Origin: Auanema rhodensis
Lineage: Eukaryota > Animalia > Nematoda
Reading direction: 5' to 3'
NCBI GenBank assembly: GCA_964057225.1
Contig: OZ059895.1
Coordinates: forward strand, 186,001-250,000
DNA length: 64,000 nucleotides
Below the pieces are notes generated by a model. The model was not told the DNA's origin. It was given only the letters and a program-made list of their open reading frames with translations, and did not search any database. Shown here in pieces: positions 55,301 to 64,000 of this stretch. The translations under genes were made by a program, and so were the position numbers. Position 1 is the first letter of the stretch; each line of letters opens with the position of its first letter.

Positions 55301-58300
55301 ATGTTGAGTGTACATGGAAACTCAACATACACTAATGCATCATTTTTCAAACGATCATAACTAATTTTTGTATTAAGCGTTTCTCAATGTAGTATAGTGC
55401 ATTCGATGCGGATTTTTAAGCTGCGTCGATCTGTGTTATCAGATTTGCGCTAGCTTAAAAATGCACCGAGATATCAACTGATATAAGTTCACACTTATAT
55501 CCTCGATTTTCACCCTGAAGGAATAATTTTTTCGTTGAATAACATTGTCCATCGTCTTTGCCTTGAAAAAAGGAATCTAAAAACATCTACTTTTTGCTAA
55601 ATTATTTTGAAATTTTTCGAAAAAATTTTTGTCAAAATGTTTTTGGAAGCAATGTTGAGTGTACATGGAAACTCAACATACACTAATGCATCATTTTTCA
55701 AACGATCATAACTAATTTTTGTATTAAGCGTTTCTCAATGTAGTATAGTGCATTCGATGCGGATTTTTAAGCTGCGTCGATCTGTGTTATCAGATTTGCG
55801 CTAGCTTAAAAATGCACCGAGATATCAACTGATATAAGTTCACACTTATATCCTCGATTTTCACCCTGAAGGAATAATTTTTTCGTTGAATAACATTGTC
55901 CATCGGCTTTGCCTTGAAAAATGGAATCTAAAAACATCTACTTTTTGCTAAATTATTTTGAAATTTTTCGAAAAAATTTTTGTCAAAATGTTTTTGGAAG
56001 CATTGTTGAGTGTACATGGAAACTCAACATACACTAATGCATCATTTTTCAAACGATCATAACTAATTTTTGTATCAAGCGTTTCTCAATGTAGTTTAGT
56101 GCATTCAATGCGGATTTTTAAGCTGCGTCGATCTGTGTTATCAGATTTGCGCTAGTTTATAAATGCACCGAGATATCAACTGATATAAGTTCACACTTAT
56201 ATCCTCGATTTTCACCCTGAAGGAATAATTTTTTCGTTGAATAACATTGTCCATCGTCTTTGCCTTGAAAAATGGAATCTAAAAACATCTACTTTTTGCT
56301 AAATTATTTTGAAATTTTTCGAAAAAATTTTTGTCAAAATGTTTTTGGAAGCATTGTTGAGTGTACATGGAAACTCAACATACACTAATGCATCTTTTTC
56401 AAACGATCATAACTAATTTTTGTATTAAGCGTTTCTCAATGTAGTATAGTGCATTCGATGCGGATTTTTAAGCTGCGTCGATCTGTGTTATCAGATTTGC
56501 GCTAGCTTAAAAATGCACCGAGATATCAACTGATATAAGTTCACACTTATATCCTCGATTTTCACCCTGAAGGAATAATTTTTTCGTTGAATAACATTGT
56601 CCATCGTCTTTGCCTTGAAGAAAGGAATCTAAAAACATCTACTTTTTGCTAAATTATTTTGAAATTTTTCGAAAAAATTTTTGTCAAAATGTTTTTGGAA
56701 GCATTGTTGAGTGTACATGGAAACTCAACATACACTAATGCATCATTTTTCAAACGATCATAACTAATTTTTGTATTAAGCGTTTCTCAATGTAGTATAG
56801 TGCATTCGATGCGGATTTTTAAGCTGCGTCGATCTGTGTTATCAGATTTGCGCTAGCTTAAAAATGCACCGAGATATCAACTGATATAAGTTCACACTTA
56901 TATCCTCGATTTTCACCCTGAAGGAATAATTTTTTCGTTGAATAACATTGTCCATCGTCTTTGCCTTGAAAAATGGAATCTAAAAACATCTACTTTTTGC
57001 TAAATTATTTTGAAATTTTTCGAAAAAATTTTTGTCAAAATGTTTTTGGAAGCATTGTTGAGTGTACATGGAAACTCAACATACACTAATGCATCATTTT
57101 TCAAACGATCATAACTAATTTTTGTATCAAGCGTTTCTCAATGTAGTTTAGTGCATTCGATGCGGATTTTTAAGCTGCGTCGATCTGTGTTATCAGATTT
57201 GCGCTAGCTTAAAAATGCACCGAGATATCAACTGATATAAGTTCACACTTATATCCTCGATTTTCACCCTGAAGGAATAATTTTTTCGTTGAATAACATT
57301 GTCCATCGTCTTTGCCTTGAAAAATGGAATCTAAAAACATCTACTTTTTGCTAAATTATTCTGAAATGTTTCGAAAAAATTTTTGTCAAAATGTTTTTGG
57401 AAGCATTGTTGAGTGTACATGGAAACTCAACATACACTAATGCATCATTTTTCAAACGATCATAACTAATTTTTGTATCAAGCGTTTCTCAATGTAGTTT
57501 AGTGCATTCGATGCGGATTTTTAAGCTGCGTCGATCTGTGTTATCAGATTTGCGCTAGCTTAAAAATGCACCGAGATATCAACTGATATAAGTTCACACT
57601 TATATCCTCGATTTTCACCCTGAAGGAATAATTTTTTCGTTGAATAACATTGTCCATCGTCTTTGCCTTGAAAAATGGAATCTAAAAACATCTACTTTTT
57701 GCTTAATTATTTTGAAATTTTTCGAAAAAATTTTTGTCAAAATGTTTTTGGAAGCATTGTTGAGTGTACATGGAAACTCAACATACACTAATGCATCATT
57801 TTTCAAACGATCATAACTAATTTTTGTATTAAGCGTTTCTCAATGTAGTATAGTGCATTCGATGCGGATTTTTAAGCTGAGTCGATCTGTGTTATCAGAT
57901 TTGCGCTAGTTTATAAATGCACCGAGATATCAACTGATATAAGTTCACACTTATATCCTCGATTTTCACCCTGAAGGAATAATTTTTTCGTTGAATAACA
58001 TTGTCCATTGTCTTTGCCTTGAAAAATGGAATCTAAAAACATCTACTTTTTGCTAAATTATTTTGAAATTTTTCGAAAAAATTTTTGTCAAAATGTTTTT
58101 GGAAGCATTGTTGAGTGTACATGGAAACTCAACATACACTAATGCATCATTTTTCAAACGATCATAACTAATTTTTGTATTAAGCGTTTCTCCATGTAGT
58201 ATAGTGCATTCGATGCGGATTTTTAAGCTGCGTCGATCTGTGTTATCAGATTTGCGCTAGCTTAAAAATGCACCGAGATATCAACTGATATAAGTTCACA

Positions 58301-61300
58301 CTTATATCCTCGATTTTCACCCTGAAGGAATGATTTTTTCGTTGAATAACATTGTCCATCGTCTTTGCCTTGCAAAAAGGAATCTAAAAACATCTACTTT
58401 TTGCTAAATTATTTTGAAATTTTTCGAAAAAATTTTTGTCAAAATGTTTTTGGAAGCATTGTTGAGTGTACATGGAAACTCAACATACACTAATGCATCA
58501 TTTTTCAAACGATCATAACTAATTTTTGTATTAAGCGTTTCTCAATGTAGTATAGTGCATTCGATGCGGATTTTTAAGCTGCGTCGATCTGTGTTATCAG
58601 ATTTGCGCTAGCTTAAAAATGCACCGAGATATCAACTGATATAAGTTCACACTTATATCCTCGATTTTCACCCTGAAGGAATAATTTTTTCGTTGAATAA
58701 CATTGTCCATCGTCTTTGCCTTGAAAAAAGGAATCTAAAAACATCTACTTTTTGCTAAATTATTTTGAAATTTTTCGAAAAAATTTTTGTCAAAATGTTT
58801 TTGGAAGCAATGTTGAGTGTACATGGAAACTCAACATACACTAATGCATCATTTTTCAAACGATCATAACTAATTTTTGTATTAAGCGTTTCTCAATGTA
58901 GTATAGTGCATTCGATGCGGATTTTTAAGCTGCGTCGATCTGTGTTATCAGATTTGCGCTAGCTTAAAAATGCACCGAGATATCAACTGATATAAGTTCA
59001 CACTTATATCCTCGATTTTCACCCTGAAGGAATAATTTTTTCGTTGAATAACATTGTCCATCGTCTTTGCCTTGAAAAATGGAATCTAAAAACATCTACT
59101 TTTTGCTAAATTATTTTGAAATTTTTCGAAAAAATTTTTGTCAAAATGTTTTTGGAAGCATTGTTGAGTGTACATGGAAACTCAACATACACTAATGCAT
59201 CATTTTTCAAACGATCATAACTAATTTTTGTATTAAGCGTTTCTCAATGTAGTATAGTGCATTCGATGCGGATTTTTAAGCTGCGTCGATCTGTGTTATC
59301 AGATTTGCGCTAGTTTATAAATGCACCGAGATATCAACTGATATAAGTTCACACTTATATCCTCGATTTTCACCCTGAAGGAATAATTTTTTCGTTGAAT
59401 AACATTGTCCATTGTCTTTGCCTTGAAAAATGGAATCTAAAAACATCTACTTTTTGCTAAATTATTTTGAAATTTTTCGAAAAAATTTTTGTCAAAATGT
59501 TTTTGGAAGCATTGTTGAGTGTACATGGAAACTCAACATACACTAATGCATCATTTTTCAAACGATCATAACTAATTTTTGTATTAAGCGTTTCTCAATG
59601 TAGTATAGTGCATTCGATGCGGATTTTTAAGCTGCGTCGATCTGTGTTATCAGATTTGCGCTAGTTTATAAATGCACCGAGATATCAACTGATATAAGTT
59701 CACACTTATATCCTCGATTTTCACCCTGAAGGAATAATTTTTTCGTTGAATAACATTGTCCATTGTCTTTGCCTTGAAAAATGGAATCTAAAAACATCTA
59801 CTTTTTGCTAAATTATTTTGAAATTTTTCGAAAAAATTTTTGTCAAAATGTTTTTGGAAGCATTGTTGAGTGTACATGGAAACTCAACATACACTAATGC
59901 ATCATTTTTCAAACGATCATAACTAATTTTTGTATTAAGCGTTTCTCAATGTAGTATAGTGCATTCGATGCGGATTTTTAAGCTGCGTCGATCTGTGTTA
60001 TCAGATTTGCGCTAGCTTAAAAATGCACCGAGATATCAACTGATATAAGTTCACACTTATATCCTCGATTTTCACCCTGAAGGAATAATTTTTTCGTTGA
60101 ATAACATTGTCCATCGTCTTTGCCTTGAAAAAAGGATTCTAAAAACATCTACTTTTTGCTAAATTATTTTGAAATTTTTCGAAAAAATTTTTGTCAAAAT
60201 GTTTTTGGAAGCATTGTTGAGTGTACATGGAAACTCAACATACACTAATGCATCATTTTTCAAACGATCATAACTAATTTTTGTATTAAGCGTTTCTCAA
60301 TGTAGTATAGTGCATTCGATGCGGATTTTTAAGCTGCGTCGATCTGTGTTATCAGATTTGCGCTAGCTTAAAAATGCACCGAGATATCAACTGATATAAG
60401 TTCACACTTATATCCTCGATTTTCACCCTGAAGGAATAATTTTTTCGTTGAATAACATTGTCCATCGTCTTTGCCTTGAAAAAAGGAATCTAAAAACATC
60501 TACTTTTCGCTAAATTATTTTGAAATTTTTCGAAAAAATTTTTGTCAAAATGTTTTTGGAAGCAATGTTGAGTGTACATGGAAACTCAACATACACTAAT
60601 GCATCATTTTTCAAACGATCATAACTAATTTTTGTATTAAGCGTTTCTCAATGTAGTATAGTGCATTCGATGCGGATTTTTAAGCTGCGTCGATCTGTGT
60701 TATCAGATTTGCGCTAGCTTAAAAATGCACCGAGATATCAACTGATATAAGTTCACACTTATATCCTCGATTTTCACCCTGAAGGAATAATTTTTTCGTT
60801 GAATAACATTGTCCATCGTCTTTGCCTTGAAAAAAGGAATCTAAAAACATCTACTTTTTGCTAAATTATTTTGAAATTTTTCGAAAAAATTTTTGTCAAA
60901 ATGTTTTTGGAAGCAATGTTGAGTGTACATGGAAACTCAACATACACTAATGCATCATTTTTCAAACGATCATAACTAATTTTTGTATTAAGCGTTTCTC
61001 AATGTAGTATAGTGCATTCGATGCGGATTTTTAAGCTGCGTCGATCTGTGTTATCAGATTTGCGCTAGCTTAAAAATGCACCGAGATATCAACTGATATA
61101 AGTTCACACTTATATCCTCGATTTTCACCCTGAAGGAATAATTTTTTCGTTGAATAACATTGTCCATCGTCTTTGCCTTGAAAAAAGGAATCTAAAAACA
61201 TCTACTTTTTGCTAAATTATTTTGAAATTTTTCGAAAAAATTTTTGTCAAAATGTTTTTGGAAGCAATGTTGAGTGTACATGGAAACTCAACATACACTA

Positions 61301-61417
61301 ATGCATCATTTTTCAAACGATCATAACTAATTTTTGTATTAAGCGTTTCTCAATGTAGTATAGTGCATTCGATGCGGATTTTTAAGCTGCGTCGATCTGT
61401 GTTATCAGATTTGCGCT
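46328..61417. repeat. Two copies of a ~19-monomer higher-order unit (M133-156 and M157-175); the first is longer by an internal 4-mer and a 1-mer
   Basis: Collinear rare alleles: CTCCATG, GAATGATT, ATCGGCT, deletion, GAAGAAAGG, GCTTAATT (50685/57704), TTGCAAAA (51354/58373), GGATTC, CTTTTCGC. Confidence 0.88.
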
Positions 61418-63172
61418 AGCTTAAAAATGCACCGAGATATCAACTGATATAAGTTCACACTTATATCCTCGATTTTCACCCTGAAGGAATAATTTTTTCG
61501 TTGAATAACATTGTCCATCGTCTTTGCCTTGAAAAATGGAATCTAAAAACATCTACTTTTTGCTAAATTATTTTGAAATTTTTCGAAAAAATTTTTGTCA
61601 AAATGTTTTTGGAAGCATTGTTGAGTGTACATGGAAACTCAACATACACTAATGCATCATTTTTCAAACGATCATAACTAATTTTTGTATTAAGCGTTTC
61701 TCAATGTAGTATAGTGCATTCGATGCGGATTTTTAAGCTGCGTCGATCTGTGTTATCAGATTTGCGCTAGTTTATAAATGCACCGAGATATCAACTGATA
61801 TAAGTTCACACTTATATCCTCGATTTTCACCCTGAAGGAATAATTTTTTCGTTGAATAACATTGTCCATTGTCTTTGCCTTGAAAAATGGAATCTAAAAA
61901 CATCTACTTTTTGCTAAATTATTTTGAAATTTTTCGAAAAAATTTTTGTCAAAATGTTTTTGGAAGCATTGTTGAGTGTACATGGAAACTCAACATACAC
62001 TAATGCATCATTTTTCAAACGATCATAACTAATTTTTGTATTAAGCGTTTCTCAATGTAGTATAGTGCATTCGATGCGGATTTTTAAGCTGCGTCGATCT
62101 GTGTTATCAGATTTGCGCTAGTTTATAAATGCACCGAGATATCAACTGATATAAGTTCACACTTATATCCTCGATTTTCACCCTGAAGGAATAATTTTTT
62201 CGTTGAATAACATTGTCCATTGTCTTTGCCTTGAAAAATGGAATCTAAAAACATCTACTTTTTGCTAAATTATTTTGAAATTTTTCGAAAAAATTTTTGT
62301 CAAAATGTTTTTGGAAGCATTGTTGAGTGTACATGGAAACTCAACATACACTAATGCATCATTTTTCAAACGATCATAACTAATTTTTGTATTAAGCGTT
62401 TCTCAATGTAGTATAGTGCATTCGATGCGGATTTTTAAGCTGCGTCGATCTGTGTTATCAGATTTGCGCTAGCTTAAAAATGCACCGAGATATCAACTGA
62501 TATAAGTTCACACTTATATCCTCGATTTTCACCCTGAAGGAATAATTTTTTCGTTGAATAACATTGTCCATCGTCTTTGCCTTGAAAAAAGGATTCTAAA
62601 AACATCTACTTTTTGCTAAATTATTTTGAAATTTTTCGAAAAAATTTTTGTCAAAATGTTTTTGGAAGCATTGTTGAGTGTACATGGAAACTCAACATAC
62701 ACTAATGCATCATTTTTCAAACGATCATAACTAATTTTTGTATTAAGCGTTTCTCAATGTAGTATAGTGCATTCGATGCGGATTTTTAAGCTGCGTCGAT
62801 CTGTGTTATCAGATTTGCGCTAGCTTAAAAATGCACCGAGATATCAACTGATATAAGTTCACACTTATATCCTCGATTTTCACCCTGAAGGAATAATTTT
62901 TTCGTTGAATAACATTGTCCATCGTCTTTGCCTTGAAAAAAGGAATCTAAAAACATCTACTTTTCGCTAAATTATTTTGAAATTTTTCGAAAAAATTTTT
63001 GTCAAAATGTTTTTGGAAGCAATGTTGAGTGTACATGGAAACTCAACATACACTAATGCATCATTTTTCAAACGATCATAACTAATTTTTGTATTAAGCG
63101 TTTCTCAATGTAGTATAGTGCATTCGATGCGGATTTTTAAGCTGCGTCGATCTGTGTTATCAGATTTGCGCT
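58961..63172. repeat. 7-monomer offset duplication (2457 bp; M169-173 vs M176-180)
   Basis: The order plain-TGG / TTTATAA+CATTGT x2 / GGATTC / CTTTTCGC is repeated 2457 bp downstream. Confidence 0.88.
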
Positions 63173-64000
63173 AGCTTAAAAATGCACCGAGATATCAACT
63201 GATATAAGTTCACACTTATATCCTCGATTTTCACCCTGAAGGAATAATTTTTTCGTTGAATAACATTGTCCATCGTCTTTGCCTTGAAAAATGGAATCTA
63301 AAAACATCTACTTTTTGCTAAATTATTTTGAAATTTTTCGAAAAAATTTTTGTCAAAATGTTTTTGGAAGCATTGTTGAGTGTACATGGAAACTCAACAT
63401 ACACTAATGCATCATTTTTCAAACGATCATAACTAATTTTTGTATTAAGCGTTTCTCGATGTAGTATAGTGCATTCGATGCGGATTTTTAAGCTGCGTCG
63501 ATCTGTGTTATCAGATTTGCGCTAACTTAAAAATGCACCGAGATATCAACTGATATAAGTTCACACTTATATCCTCGATTTTCACCCTGAAGGAATAATT
63601 TTTTCGTTGAATAACATTGTCCATCGTCTTTGCCTTGAAAAAAGGAATCTAAAAACATCTACTTTTTGCTAAATTATTTTGAAATTTTTCGAAAAAATTT
63701 TTGTCAAAATGTTTTTGGAAGCAATGTTGAGTGTACATGGAAACTCAACATACACTAATGCATCATTTTTCAAACGATCATAACTAATTTTTGTATTAAG
63801 CGTTTCTCAATGTAGTATAGTGCATTCGATGCGGATTTTTAAGCTGCGTCGATCTGTGTTATCAGATTTGCGCTAGCTTAAAAATGCACCGAGATATCAA
63901 CTGATATAAGTTCACACTTATATCCTCGATTTTCACCCTGAAGGAATAATTTTTTCGTTGAATAACATTGTCCATCGTCTTTGCCTTGAAAAAAGGAATC

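Larger units (their letters stand above)
1..64000. repeat. Tandem satellite DNA array, 351-bp AT-rich monomer, ~182.4 copies, all head-to-tail
   Basis: AGCTTAAAAATGCACCG (or a 1-2 nt variant of it) recurs at 1, 352, 703 ... 31942 with an exact 351-bp period. After nine 1-bp deletions and one 1-bp insertion, M183 starts at 63875 (= 1 + 182x351 - 8), so no foreign sequence is inserted. Confidence 0.99.

Noticed and set aside
57615-57806. Identical second 63-aa ORF
   Set aside because: It is a copy of the same SNP (57704) carried by the block duplication at offset 7019 bp (20x351-1). Identity reflects recent duplication, not selection on a protein.
1-64000. CRISPR array or repeat-spacer system
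   Set aside because: There are no unique spacers, the entire 351 bp is repeated, and there are no cas genes.
1-64000. Assignment to a named ~340-360-bp satellite family (e.g. Drosophila 1.688/359-bp, tenebrionid beetle satellites, Chironomus telomeric repeats)
   Set aside because: Only length and AT richness are similar. I do not recognise sequence identity and cannot run a search.
1-64000. Variant pattern as an encoded combinatorial 'code' or a single regular HOR
   Set aside because: Periods vary locally (2 to ~24 monomers) and are explained by overlapping duplications plus conversion. No window-wide period exists above 351 bp.

Overview
The whole 64 kb window is one uninterrupted head-to-tail satellite DNA array. 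It holds 182 complete copies plus one partial copy of an AT-rich 351-bp monomer (about 32% GC by hand count of the consensus). Copies differ by only a few substitutions each. The only length variants are nine copies of the same 1-bp deletion and one 1-bp insertion. I found no genes, RNA genes, transposon insertions, CRISPR array or strand switch. The two 63-aa ORFs are by-products of one stop-loss SNP carried by a duplicated block. The array looks like eukaryotic (peri)centromeric or other heterochromatic satellite, but I cannot name the family or species from the sequence alone. The informative signal is in the variants: nested higher-order duplications (2-, 3-, 4-, 5-, 6-, 7-, 10- and ~19-mers), a left-to-right allele turnover, a candidate gene-conversion tract linking sites 37.2 kb apart, a monomer rich in inverted repeats, and multi-base variants that perfect those inverted repeats. 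I see no evidence for a novel protein-coding system. Monomer numbers (M1-M183) and in-monomer positions count from base 1 (AGCTTAAAAA...). All variant tallies were made by eye.
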